Assembly: GCF_006345805.1 (NCBI RefSeq)
Contig: NC_043012.1
Span: 19,034,001 to 19,098,000 of the forward strand
DNA: 64,000 nucleotides
Source: Octopus sinensis
Taxonomy: Eukaryota
Direction of reading: 5' to 3'
The notes beneath the pieces were generated by a model. The model was not told where the DNA came from, ran no database searches, and was given only the letters and a program-made list of their open reading frames with translations. Shown piece by piece: positions 28,101 through 41,260 of the stretch. The translations under genes and the position numbers were made by a program. Numbering within the stretch: position 1 is the first letter of the stretch; each line of letters begins with the position of its first letter.

Positions 28101-29414
28101 TTACTTTCCTCTTTTATTCAAGCTCTTGGCACTAATTCGTCGGCTCCGCATAATGTAACACAATTCTCAAAATCTTACTCCATAATTTTTTGCTATAACC
28201 ATACGAAACAATTTTCCACATCATTTAAAAAGTTTAACGCTTGCAGCCAGAGTTTCATTGTCTCTTGAGAATTTTCGACAGGAGTCCGACAGTAATATTC
28301 ATTGATTTTTTTTTGTATCACGTTATAAAAAACGTTACCCACTTTCTTATTTATATTCAGGGTACACGTATTCATGGCTTATGGATTATGAACTAGTTGT
28401 TGATGTATTTCTATGAAATGAGTTATACATATCTAAGCAAAAGTCAAATGTGCCAGTCCCGTCGATAACAAGGAGGTAGTCTGTGAGGTGTCATTCTAAC
28501 TGTTAAGTATGAATTAAAAAGATGACATGTCCAACTAGAGATGGAATGGTATGTTTGGCTCATCAGGTTCTTCTGTGAATAAAAGAAAAATTAAATATCC
28601 AGAGGCGATTGTAGCTTACGCTAAAACTCCAACATTTATTTATTCGTCTATTTCAGCCGCATAATAAGTAGTAGTAGCAGCAGCAGTAAAGTGTGATCTA
28701 TATGGCCGTTAAAAACTTTCCTTTCAGAAAATTCTCATGTTACTAGTCTGTATCACAGACAAGAAGTTCTTTTCTCTAATAGAGAATAATCCATTTCATT
28801 CTGTTTCTATCACATTTCTTACTCTTTGTGAGCAAGGCAAGATTATATTCTCAAATCAATTACAGTCTCACAAAAGTGTGCATTTCCCGTGACGTTATCA
28901 ATACGACGGCTCTCAGCCATCTAATGGCGGCTTTCAGGTCACAGTTACCAATATCTTCACTAATATTCAATAGTCTTTTGTCTGTTATTTCAATTCTTTC
29001 TTCGATCATTATTAATATCGATAAAAATTAATATTGGTAATAATATTAATATTAATATCGATAATTAAAATGCGTTTCATATTTAAGATGAAAATATATG
29101 TTTTTTTTTATAGATATTTGAATTTTTCCTTTCCAATTTACGGAGAATGTTTTAGTATTTAATATTCTTTTTCATTAATTTTGTTTTTCTCCGATATATT
29201 TTTAATTTAGTCCAACATTATTTCGGCTTAATGTCTCCCTCAAATAGAATACTTTTATGACCAATATTCATTACATTTACGCTTCGTTCGTATTTAATAC
29301 CTAAATTATAATTTTTTCGTTTTTATTGCCGAGTAGATATATGTGATTGTGCGTAGTTGTGACAGGGTGTATGTGGCTTCGCTTATGTGTATATATGTGA
29401 AATAGTGTATCTCA

Positions 29415-29417
<3 letters not shown>

Positions 29418-29445
<28 letters not shown>

Positions 29446-29554
29446 CAAATACTTAATATATATAATTGTATGTATATATAATATATATATATATATCTAT
29501 ATATATATATGTATTTATTTTGATGCCTATGCGATTATTTTTTTCAATGTTCTG

Positions 29555-29595
<41 letters not shown>

Positions 29596-29859
29596 GTATG
29601 TGTGTGTGTGTGTGTGTTTGTGTTGTGCATATGTACGTGTATATGTGTGTGCACGTGTGTATGTATAGACATACATAAACGCGCACTTACGCACACGCGT
29701 ATATTTATTTTATGTATTGATATATCTATCTTCATTTGTTAATATTATCGCCCGATGCGGTTGACTTTTAAATCACAATTAACATAAATACATTTACATA
29801 AAATCAATAAATGTCAAATACCACATCAAAATTATTCAATATCTTACATACATTCATAC

Positions 29860-29912
<53 letters not shown>

Positions 29913-29921
29913 TACATACAT

Positions 29922-29970
<49 letters not shown>

Positions 29971-30107
29971 AATACATATATATAATTTGCTCTAAAAATT
30001 TGCATATAACATTTCAGCTGTTCTTCAGCTGCAATATTTTTGCAACTTGAATAACGTCAGTTTATAAAGTATGGTAAAATTTTCCCTCTGTGTAGTTCAT
30101 GCTTGAA

Positions 30108-30166
<59 letters not shown>

Positions 30167-30211
30167 TATATATATACAAATACTTAATATATATAATTGT
30201 ATGTATATATA

Positions 30212-30243
<32 letters not shown>

Positions 30244-30287
30244 GTATTTATTTTGATGCCTATGCGATTATTTTTTTCAATGTTCTG

Positions 30288-30328
<41 letters not shown>

Positions 30329-30593
30329 GTATGTGTGTGTGTGTGTGTGTTTGTGTTTGTGCATATGTACGTGTATATGTGTGTGCACGTGTGTATGTAT
30401 AGACATACATAAACGCGCACTTACGCACACGCGTATATTTATTTTATGTATTGATATATCTATCTTCATTTGTTAATATTATCGCCCGATGCGGTTGACT
30501 TTTAAATCACAATTAACATAAATACATTTACATAAAATCAATAAATGTCAAATACCACATCAAAATTATTCAATATCTTACATACATTCATAC

Positions 30594-30624
<31 letters not shown>

Positions 30625-30801
30625 TATATTTACATACATGCACACACACACACACACACACGCAAGTACATATATATAATTTGCTCTAAAAATCTGCATA
30701 TAACATTTCAGCTGTTCTTCAGCTGCAATATTTTTGCAACTTGAATAACGTCAGTTTATAAAGTATGGTAAAATTTTCCCTCTGTGTAGTTCATGCTTGA
30801 A

Positions 30802-30860
<59 letters not shown>
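29418..30860. repeat. Tandem duplication of a ~0.7-kb unit (2 copies)
   Basis: Unique anchors repeat in the same order: CAAATACTTAATATA at 29446 and 30177; CCCTCTGTGTAGTTCATGCTTGAATG near 30083 and 30778. Confidence 0.95.
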
Positions 30861-30864
<4 letters not shown>

Positions 30865-30879
30865 CAGTGGAAATTCATA

Positions 30880-31035
30880 GAAAAAGAAATGACGAAGACA
30901 GGCGTATGAACAAGAAGTGTATTAGACTGAAGCTCGAACAAATGAAAACATATTTTAGGTTTCGAGTCTACGCTTTGTTAACAGAAAGCTATAACGGAAA
31001 ATGAACAAAGAGAGAATAAAAAAAAACTTGTAGAT
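30880..31035 (-). mobile_element. Degenerate PLE 3'-tail fragment
   Basis: GAAGACAGGCGTATGAACAA...TTTCGAGTCTACGCT...CAGAAAG is similar to 12785-12900 and 33025-33175. Confidence 0.5.
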
Positions 31036-32777
31036 TTCAGCGTATACATATCAACATTGACTAATTTTCAACTTTACACATTCAAAGTTTCATTATGAAT
31101 GTGTGTGTGTTTCATGGATGATGTCTAGTAATCTATATGTAATTAAAACATCCCCTCTTTTAAAAACGTCAAAAATGTAAGTTTTCATTTAAAATATATA
31201 TTAGATATTTGTTTACATATACGAACATTGAGAAGAAGCGCTTTTGTTGGTTTATTACATCTTCCCTTCTATCACTATTATCTCTATTCCTACTTATATC
31301 TGCAAGTAAATCCATCACTTAAACATTACAGGCTGAAAGACAAGCCAGATAAGTGTGCTATCGGTTATGTTTGCATTTATGCATGAATATGTATTCAGAC
31401 GCATAAAAGAGAGTTTTAACGTGGTGAAATAATTTGTTTCAGTGGTAAATGAAAGTAATTGTCATTCGAAAAGGCAACAGGGTGATTAAGTTTCATGTGA
31501 GACAAATGTTCGAGTTTTGTCCCCGAGAAGAATTTGACAATTTTGATTGAACTATGTTGCATTACTTCGTGATTTTTTCAACGATTAAGCAATAATGTAT
31601 TTTGAAGATTTTGCGATTCAGGCATCAGTATTGACGATATGTAGCCGCTACTGTTTTCTTTTATCTGTTCCATCCAATATCTACATAGAACGGAATAAGG
31701 TGGTATTTAAGGTGTTTTTTTCGTGTCATACAGCATGGTGAAACAAACGATATTCATCGATAGTTTTGCTAGTAAAAGAGACAGGGATAGCTTTGTAATG
31801 GCGATGCGATTTTAACATCTATTTTCATTCAGTTCATTTGTCCCATATTGAAAAGATTTTTTACTATAGAATTGGATGGCAATGTCAATCAGGTTTCAAA
31901 TGTTCAGTGATTATGTTTTCTGCTTCGATATGAAATTAGGAGCTGCCAGCTGCAGGGCGTCTCTTCTCCAATCTCAGGGAGCAAAGATGGAAATTTACGC
32001 TTGCTCATGACTCTGAGCTAAATACTAAGCTAAAATAATAGCTTTCTGTGCTTTGCATTCCTTTTGCATCAAACAATAAATTCGCTGTGTATATTGTTTT
32101 CGTCTTTCATTTCACAATCTAACATACAGACGAGCAGAAATTCAAAGTAAGACTCATTAATAGCATCAGTATAAATAAATGAACTACATGATTATATGTA
32201 TGTATACATGTGTACTATATTTTATATACACAAAGATATATTTATACAGCATAAATACACACGCAAGCACACGCATAAAAAAATCACGTATATTCATAAA
32301 TGAGCGTGCAAAACAGAAAGTAGTTCCGAATACGCTATCTTGTAATGAGTTGAATAGGTTATGTATATAGGCGCGTTTATTTTGCTGCGATTGCACATCG
32401 AGGTTACAGCCGTTAAATCATTTCTGAAATCCTGCCACGAACTCTCTATATTTAACATTAATAACACCCTGCCAGACAAGTTACAGACAAACTGAGGATA
32501 TGTAACAGAATATATTTCCTGGCATTTCCATTTTTCTTCATGAGAAAAATTACTAGTACGTTATATTAATGCAGGAATTTGTGTTGTCACAGAACTAGTA
32601 GGCCAAATAATGCATATATATGCATATGTGTGTGTAACTATGTATGAGTGCACTTTTATCGTTGTAGAATGCATTTACTGAATATGTATGCGTGTGTGTG
32701 TTTGCATGTGAGTGTGTGTGTGTATGTGCTTGAGAGAATCCATGTTTGTGTCTGTGTCTTTGTTTCTGTGTTTCTCC

Positions 32778-32915
32778 TCAGTCACTGCTTGACAACTGCT
32801 GTTGGAGCATTTTCCTCCTAGCAACTTAGGGGGTTCAATAGAATTCAAACCAGGCGTACACAAAGAATTAGTACTGATGTCGATACACTCAGCTAAAAAT
32901 TCTTCAAGTGGCGCA
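32778..32915 (+). mobile_element. SINE family A body fragment
   Basis: CAGTCACTGCTTGACAAC...GTTGG...AACTTAG...CAATAGAAT...TAGTAC resembles 4695-4800. Confidence 0.5.
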
Positions 32916-33024
32916 GTTTAATTAGTGACACAATTGATGTATGTATTTATATATGTATATATTTATATATACATATGTGTGTATTTACACACATATGTAT
33001 TCATAGTTGAAATTTATAAAAAAA

Positions 33025-33175
33025 AAGACGAAAACAGTTGTATGAACAACAAGTAAGTGTAATAGTTTGACGCGCCGGAAAAGCGAAACAAATAAGTTAC
33101 GTCTCGTGCCTATGCTCTTCATCAGTCAGGAATAAGAGAAAATAACCACAGAGAATGAAAAGAAACTTGTAGATA
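33025..33175 (-). mobile_element. PLE 3'-tail fragment with a hammerhead core
   Basis: Homologous to 12785-12900. Minus strand 33125-33099 reads CTGATGA-A-GAGC-ATAG-GCAC-GAGA-CGT. Confidence 0.65.
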
Positions 33176-33339
33176 TCAGTGGTACAACATACTGAATCGT
33201 ATACACACAGACACACCCATACACACAGCACACACACACACACCCACTCCCACACAGGGACACACATATTTCTTATACTCTTTTACAATTTTAATCGCTT
33301 CAGCCATGCGGTTGCGGCCATGCTGGAGGACCACAGTGG

Positions 33340-33600
33340 TCTTGCCGATTTTCTCCGTCTGGAGTGTATCACATCACCACTCCGGCATGTGCCTTTGTCC
33401 TAGCTCTTGGCCCATTTGTTATATAACGGAGTTTGATTCCGCAGCCATCATGTGTACCTTATGTCGGTTCATCCGGTATTATGAAGAGGAGGAAGTCTAG
33501 TTTCATTTCAAAACATCTACTTCCACCTTAAGCAGATTCAAAAACAATATTGGGAGGGCATTGAAGAGCTGTGAGACCTGAAACCTTAGGCTATTGCAGT
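33340..33600 (-). mobile_element. CR1/L2-like LINE 3' end, decayed
   Basis: Minus translation NSLRFQVSQLFNALP...LLKVEVDVLK/KLDFLLFIIPDEPT...AAESNSVI resembles the GP.LFN.LP...FK..LD..L..+PD.P ORF2 C-terminus of CR1-group LINEs. Confidence 0.6.
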
Positions 33601-33627
33601 AGCGGGTTCCGAATTTAGATGGAGTTG

Positions 33628-33698
<71 letters not shown>

Positions 33699-35008
33699 TG
33701 TTTGAAAGGACAAATTATCCGTGCGGGTACCGTATTAGCTCTTAGTTAACTTCCAGTTAAGGGCTAACTCCAATGATCAGTACCCACGCCCTGCAACTAC
33801 AATTAGTTGTTAGTCGCTCCGTCAATTCTTTCGATTGTTAATTCCATGTACTCTTCGCTGAATGGTAAAATTGTTTGAAGTATTTTTTTTTATATTGATA
33901 ATAATAAAGAGCATGGTGACTTGTACATCCACAAAATTTATTTTCTAAACATACAGCATATTATTATGAGCTGCACATGTTTTCGATGCAGTGACCGCTT
34001 ACTGTTGCAAAAGTATTCTTGCAGTATTGTCGCTGTAGATTCACTTCGGGGATGACCAAATGAGGGAAACATGATGAAGATGCACCGGCAATATTGCAAT
34101 ATTGTATTTACAACAGTGAGTACTCGCTGCAGTGGAAACACAGGTAGGTCATTATAATAAGCTAGAAAGAAATTTCGTGGATATACAAGTCTCCATAATC
34201 TTTATTATTATTAAAGTATATATATATATATATATGTATTACATGCAATATGCAAAACACTGACATACACACGCACGCACGCACACATATATGTTGCATA
34301 GTGCTTGCATGTACAGGTGCATCTAAGTAGTACAAGCGCGGTTGTTATGAGTGACAAATGACAAACAGAACTATCAAATAATATGAAGTTCTCATTTTCA
34401 TATCTAGCAACTCCTCTCTGATTCTAATAACTAGCAGTTCTCTTGTTATATTCTACACTTTATGTTTCCTTCATAATTAAAAATTGTCTCCTAATTAACA
34501 TCGTAACATAATTTTGTAAAGTATATTCTGCTTATAATTACAAATTCAATGTGGGGGAATCCATTTCTCTTTGTTTTTGTAAGTTTAAGTGTCTCGATGT
34601 AAACAACATAATAAATAATTAATATAACAGACTTAGTCAGTTAGAAATGTCTTATATTACGTTAGAGTTTGTTAATTTAGTATCGTCTGTTTATCTCTAA
34701 TATACATCATTCACACCGTAATAAACAGGACTGCGACTACTAGCTATAACCGCCACAATTTATTTCCGGTGGTTTTGCAATTTTTACAGCTCAGAAAATA
34801 TTTGTGCTTTCGTGTGCAACTTCTGTGTAGACGACATGAGCAACGTCTGCCGTAGACTGTCTGATGTGCATTGTGTTATATAATTTTAGTCGTAAACAAT
34901 ATCTAAAAATGGTTTACTTTACAGTAGACAAAATTATTCATAATACTGTCTGTCAAAAAGATTATCAACTACAGATCGTGAAATCGATTGTAATTGAATA
35001 TTTAGCGC

Positions 35009-35078
<70 letters not shown>

Positions 35079-35084
35079 TTAGAA

Positions 35085-35148
<64 letters not shown>

Positions 35149-36043
35149 GTATATGCATGTATCTACACATATGTGCTGGGATGCATGTTTGCGTGTGCAT
35201 GCGTACTCTGAAACTGTGAAAGAGAGAGATTCGCACTGATGATTCAGAAATGCATAAGTCTTCCGTATCCCGGCGTTTCGATACTACCTTACATTTACAT
35301 CTAGTTATCTTCTATTTCATTTTTTTATAAAATAAAAAAAGCCTTAAACTCGGGTTTCCGGCTGTATGTTCAGAATTCTGTTGGAGTTGTCTAACGTCAT
35401 TGTATGCATACATATGTATAAATGCTCCAATATGAACACCGCGGTATTCTTTTTTATGTGTGTATGAAGATTTTATTGTTTCGAAAGCGAATATATTTGT
35501 TAAGGATTATTTTTAACTGTATGGCTATTCTGGCCTATAATTCGTACATTTTAACAAGAATCTACAGGCAGTTGATTTTTTGATGCACGTGTTTCTCTCC
35601 TAATCATCAATAAATGAATATGTGACAGCTGTTTATCGCTTTACCTCCCATCACTTAATCAGATTACACATGTTACGTATCCATGTAATCTGCAATAACT
35701 TGGACGAATCTACGGTGTCCCCAGTGTAGGAAGGTGCTATTCACTTAATTTAACCAAGCTGCAGGCATAACATCCAACTTTCTAAACATCCACTGTTTGA
35801 AGTATAGGCTTGGAAAGAAGTATGCAAAACCTGAAAATTATCATACATATAGGACATAGTGCAATTTCTAAGATTTTAGATAAGTTACATTAGGATTTCA
35901 AGGTTCTTCTTAACTCTGTATCTGACGTGTTGTGGTCAAGACTGTGGGTCTACTAAAAAACACATATTCTGAGTGGGAATCTAATGAGATACTCCATACA
36001 TAACGAGGCAATAATTGAACAAAGATCGAAGCAGGCAAAAGCT

Positions 36044-36226
36044 ACTACCGTAGCCGCAGCGCCAGCTGCCGCCACCGCAGCAGCAGCAGCAGATGCATTA
36101 TCATCATCATCATCATTACGATTATTATCATTATTATTATTATTTTTATTATTATTATCATTATTATTATTATTATTATTATTATCATTATTATTATTAT
36201 TATTATTATCATTATTATTATTATTA

Positions 36227-36263
<37 letters not shown>

Positions 36264-36298
36264 CATCATCATTAATATTATTATCATTATTATTATTA

Positions 36299-36370
<72 letters not shown>

Positions 36371-36387
36371 TAGTAGTAGTAGTAGTC

Positions 36388-36459
<72 letters not shown>

Positions 36460-36480
36460 ACTGTTGCGGTTTCTGTTGCT
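36044..36480. repeat. Compound trinucleotide array (GCA)/(TCA)/(TTA)n/(GTA)n
   Basis: Direct inspection. It lies at the 3' tail side of the minus-strand SINE at 36512-36717. Confidence 0.95.
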
Positions 36481-36511
36481 GCAGTATTAGTAGCAACAAT
36501 AATATCATTAT

Positions 36512-36717
36512 CAGATTTTGGAACAAGGCCAGCGATTCCGAGGGAGGGAGTAAATCGATTTGCAACGATCTCGTTATTCATTTCGTACATATTTTATCTA
36601 CCCCGGAAGGATGAAAGGCAAAGTCGACCTTGGCAGAATTTGAAATAAGAAATTAATAAAGACGAAATGCGTCTCAGTAAATTTCCCGCCGTGCTGACGA
36701 TTCTACCAACTCACCTC
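36512..36717 (-). mobile_element. SINE family C, near full length
   Basis: Minus strand reads GAGGTGAGTTGGTAGAATCGTCAGCACG...TTCAAATTCTGCCAAGGTCGACTTTGCCTTTCATCC...GGCCTTGTTCCAAAATC. Confidence 0.8.
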
Positions 36718-36822
36718 TTTAGTAGTAGCAAATATTGAATTATAGCAAGTCCCTCTCACATATTATAAACAGTAGAATATAAACCCGTGAAACATACCAT
36801 CACATATTAAGATCGCAATTAA

Positions 36823-37187
36823 AAACAAGAGCACTTAGGGAGCGCGATCCTCCGCCAAGACAATACCAACGTACTCTGAACGATTAGCCAGAGATGATTG
36901 TTAAAATGAGAATGCCTGAACTAAACTAAACTGATCTCATAAGCAAGAATACTAAAAGTGAACCCGACCGCTCTCAAAAATTAAGTAAAAAATTACGGAA
37001 AAATAATCCAAAATCTTTGTCCGTACTGGATCGATCCCCCCCCAAAATAATCAGTTCGTGCCAGTCATGAGGCCAAATATCCTTGGAGGTTTAGTCCGAA
37101 TCTATCCATCATTTCTTGAGATATCTTGGTCACGGACAAACAAACAAGCAAGTATTACCTTCGCTTTCGCTAAGGTGGAGGTCATAA
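36823..37187 (+). mobile_element. Possible non-autonomous rolling-circle (Helitron/Helentron, HINE-like) element
   Basis: Starts AACAAGAGCACTTAG...CCTCCGCCAAG and ends with a short (ACAA)n, a hairpin ACCTT-N10-AAGGT and GGAGGT, partly complementary to the 5' CCTCC motif. The classification is by recalled architecture. Confidence 0.4.
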
Positions 37188-38615
37188 CATGCATTTAGAG
37201 ACTCCAGGAAATGGCAATGTACTGATTATGTGAAGTTAAGTTAAGGCAACATTTCCATAATTGAATAAATGTCTGAGAAGCGCTCACAACATTTCCATTT
37301 TTCGTACTTGATTTGTTATGCAACAAAACGAAATGAAATTTTGCTTTTTAAAGAGAGAGACGATATTATTTCATCTTGAATCTACCCAGCTCTGTGCAAG
37401 TAAATGAAGCCAGATAAGTTTTAATACTCCACAGCTATATACATACCCACACAGACACTCACACCCACGGACGCATACTCAACGTTCAATAAGTATGTAT
37501 GTATATATGTATGGCTTTTGTTCTGGTATTATATTTGAATTCTCAATTATTAACAATCCTTCCACCTAGACATAGGCATAATGGTTATAACAGGTTAGAA
37601 CGTGTTCATGCCGTATTAGTCATTGAAGTAAAAGATAATCTAATATCAAGCTTTTCAGGTCTTAATAATTCTAAACATATATTATATGGATGAAAGAGAA
37701 TCCCTATCGATTTTACACCATACTCTCTAAAACTTCCTCAAGAAGTATGCCATACGAGTAAAATGCTAGAGTAGGTTTGAAATATTCAACCAAATCTCTC
37801 TAGTACGACTTAAAGGAAATTAATAACTCTTGTAGTATACAATGTATAAAATATTTTGCAGCATAAGATAATGGTATCGCTCCCCATTTTCTACATAAAT
37901 ATTTCCCGACATAGGAAGATTTAGTTTTTCTATTATAAATATTGAAAAAAAAAAAAAATGTTGTTCACAATATTTTTTCATATTCTTCTTTTTTTTATCA
38001 TTATTTATCTGAGCAATCCCTGGGTGTACGTCTCTTCATATCATTGGTAAATGAATTTTTAATTCCTATACGTTTCCATTTTCTGTATTATCCTTTCCTC
38101 AAACATCGAATTTTGTTTCTATAAATAACGTCTAAAGTTTATATTTTGAGTTTGCTTTGTAGATATTTTACGAACATCGGATATATAGATTTGAAAATTT
38201 CCTATTCTCCTCTCTAGATTATATTCTAAATGTGTGTTTGGTAAGTTCACGAGTTTCGGATTAAATGCAATCTAACAATACACAAATACTATATATAATC
38301 TACATATAATCTTCATTTCACTCTCAGTGTATGTTTCATATAACAGAATAAGAAAGCGTCTAAGATAAAAGGTATATTGTATGTATATATCTCGATCATA
38401 TCATCATCCAATATTTTTACAATTTTACTCCCTTCTTTTGTCGAATTAATACGAGTAAGAGGAATACAATCTTATATTATCCAATATCATTTCAAATGCA
38501 GTAAGAAAGTATTTCATCGGAGAATTTATTATAAGCTATAGATTGTTTTTGTTGAATATGCAATGCAGTCTTATCCTTCCATATAAATGGTTGCGTACGA
38601 AGCCGGAGACACACA

Positions 38616-38654
<39 letters not shown>

Positions 38655-38686
38655 GTGTAGGAAGAGAGACATATATACATACATCC

Positions 38687-38744
<58 letters not shown>

Positions 38745-39759
38745 TGTATGTATATATATATATATATACTTCAAATTTACAAAAGTCGAGGACAGGTGAA
38801 GGAATACAAGCAGGTGTATTAGTTTAGCGCTCGAAAAGAATGGAAAAGCTTTTATGCATTGACATATATATATATACGTGTATGTAAAAGCATTCGTATA
38901 TGTTCTGTATATATATATATGCGTGTGTGTGGGAGAGCATTATATATATATATATATAGAGAGAGAGAGACAGAGACAGACTGACAGACAGACAGAGAAA
39001 GAGAGAGAGAGAGAAAGAAAGAGGGGGAATTCGTACGTAGGCGCATCCTTTCTCTTCAGTCTTGTTCCAGTCACCACGCATACAACTCACAATTGGTTTA
39101 TCAGGTTATCTGTGTATGTATGGTGCACAAAAATGAGCTTCTGAATGTTAATTTGTACACAATTATGTTATACCTACGTTACCGTACATGCAGATATAAT
39201 GAAAGAAAAATATATAATTACACTGAAGTAAAAACCAGCATACACGTACACTACTCGGTGTCTATGTGAGAAGTAATTTTTTTTAGGTAAGTGCTTGTGC
39301 CATGAGTGTGTGTGTCTATGCCTTTTGTATTGTACTTGTGTGCATCAACTGTTTTCTTCACTTTAAAATCGTGTACAATGTAGCAACTGATCTTTAACTC
39401 TAAATTTACTGCTATAATATGATGAAAATGGAAATCCAAGTGGTCTAAGAGAAATTTTTTTTCTTTTAATTATTCAAATTTATTCCAGTATGACTGATAA
39501 GTGAAGTATGCTGAACATTATTTTTACAAGCAACACAGATTTTCTGAAATTTCAGTGTTAATCGCTGAAATCGTTTGCCTTCGCCAAATCTTGGGCAATG
39601 TTTGAAAAGTTTTCGTGCATCGCGCTTATCTAGGCGCATATCCAGTGTGGTATCTATGAGACAACTTGTCACGACAAAGTAACATTGTTTTTTTTTTTTC
39701 AGAATGGCCTAAACATGTACAAAGGCAGGGATTCAAGCAGAAACATGTGTATGCGTGCA

Positions 39760-39812
<53 letters not shown>

Positions 39813-40582
39813 CAGACAAACAGACAGATAGTTTCTCTCTCTATCTCTCTCTATCTGTTTATACGAGGTAACTTTGCACATTTTCTCTCTGTCAAAAAGT
39901 TTAAATTGTATTCTATAGTCTACGCGAACTTAATGTAATGGAATTTTCAAAGGGTTTTAGACATAAAAACAAACAAATATATATATATAGAGAGAGGAAT
40001 TAACAGCTAGAACATGAGTAAAATGTAATTAACATTTCTCTATAAGAACGGAACAGACAAGAGTTCGAATTTCCGAAATTAATCATTATTCAATTAAATT
40101 TTGGAAACAAAATAGAATTGATTTGTGAAAGCATTGTTTATGATGGCTGTTACATAGTCAAGTGAAAGAGATGACTGAAGAGCGTGCACTGAAATTGGTG
40201 TTAAAAACAGAATGTTTAGAACTACGATGACGTGGGAATAACCCTCTATTGTTCACTGATGACGGCGTGGTTGAGCCTGTTTCAATATATGTTATACACG
40301 AACAGTAAGAATATGCATCCGGGTGCAAGGAATGACAGAATTTAATATGCATAGGAATGCGTTTATTGTATTTGAAATCGCTACGGATGAGACGATATAA
40401 CGAAAGAAATCAAAGCGATTATTGTTATTTGTTGATGTGTGAGCTCTGAATGTACAGGAATGTACAGTGTAAGGGATATCAGTTGATTCATGTCCTAATG
40501 CAATATTGTAGAAGAGACAGAAATATACGAAGAGAAAAATAGTATGCGGCGAAGAGAGGGAGAGATAGATACATGTATAAAT

Positions 40583-40718
40583 TGATGGATGGATGGATGG
40601 ATGGATGGATGGATGGATGGATGAATGGTGAGACGGACCGAGAGACAGACAGTTAAACAGACAGACAGATAACTGGATAGATAGATAAATTGATAGATAG
40701 ATAGATAGATAGATAGAT

Positions 40719-40761
<43 letters not shown>

Positions 40762-40976
40762 CATAGATGGATGGATGGATAGATAGATAGATGAATGGAT
40801 GGATAGATGGTGGGATGGACAGACAAACAGACATACAGACAGATATATAGATAGATAGATAGATAAATCGATAGATAGATAGCTAGCCAAATACAAGGAT
40901 GCAAGAATGGATAGATATATAGTTAGATAAATAGATAGATATGTTCCTTTATTAGCCACACAGCGCTATAGATAAC

Positions 40977-41028
<52 letters not shown>

Positions 41029-41030
41029 GC
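40583..41030. repeat. Compound tetranucleotide array (GGAT)/(GACA)/(GATA)n
   Basis: Direct inspection. Confidence 0.9.
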
Positions 41031-41188
41031 GAGAGAGGGGGACGAAAGCAAGGAATAAAGAAAAAAGAAAGAAGCAAAGAAACAAAGAAATAAAGAAAGA
41101 GAAAATCAAATGTTGGTACAGTGGAGAGAAGACGAAGACCGAAGTGACGATCTGTAGAGATTAAAATGGCCTGCAATTTTCCCTTTAG

Positions 41189-41260
41189 CCACCAGAAGTT
41201 GCCCTCTGAAATGTTCTGAGTATTATTTTCCAATCAACAACGCATACAATGATGCAATCA
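41189..41260 (+). CDS. Candidate symmetric 72-nt exon (TRSCPLKCSEYYFPINNAYNDAI)
   Basis: GCAATTTTCCCTTTAG|72 nt|GTAAGT. Only one frame is open (phase 1->1). Confidence 0.3.

Noticed and set aside
28193-28375. PH-domain-like helix (SQETMKLWLQAL) on the minus strand
   Set aside because: There is no acceptor placed to include the motif's upstream residues and no matching upstream PH strands. It is probably chance.
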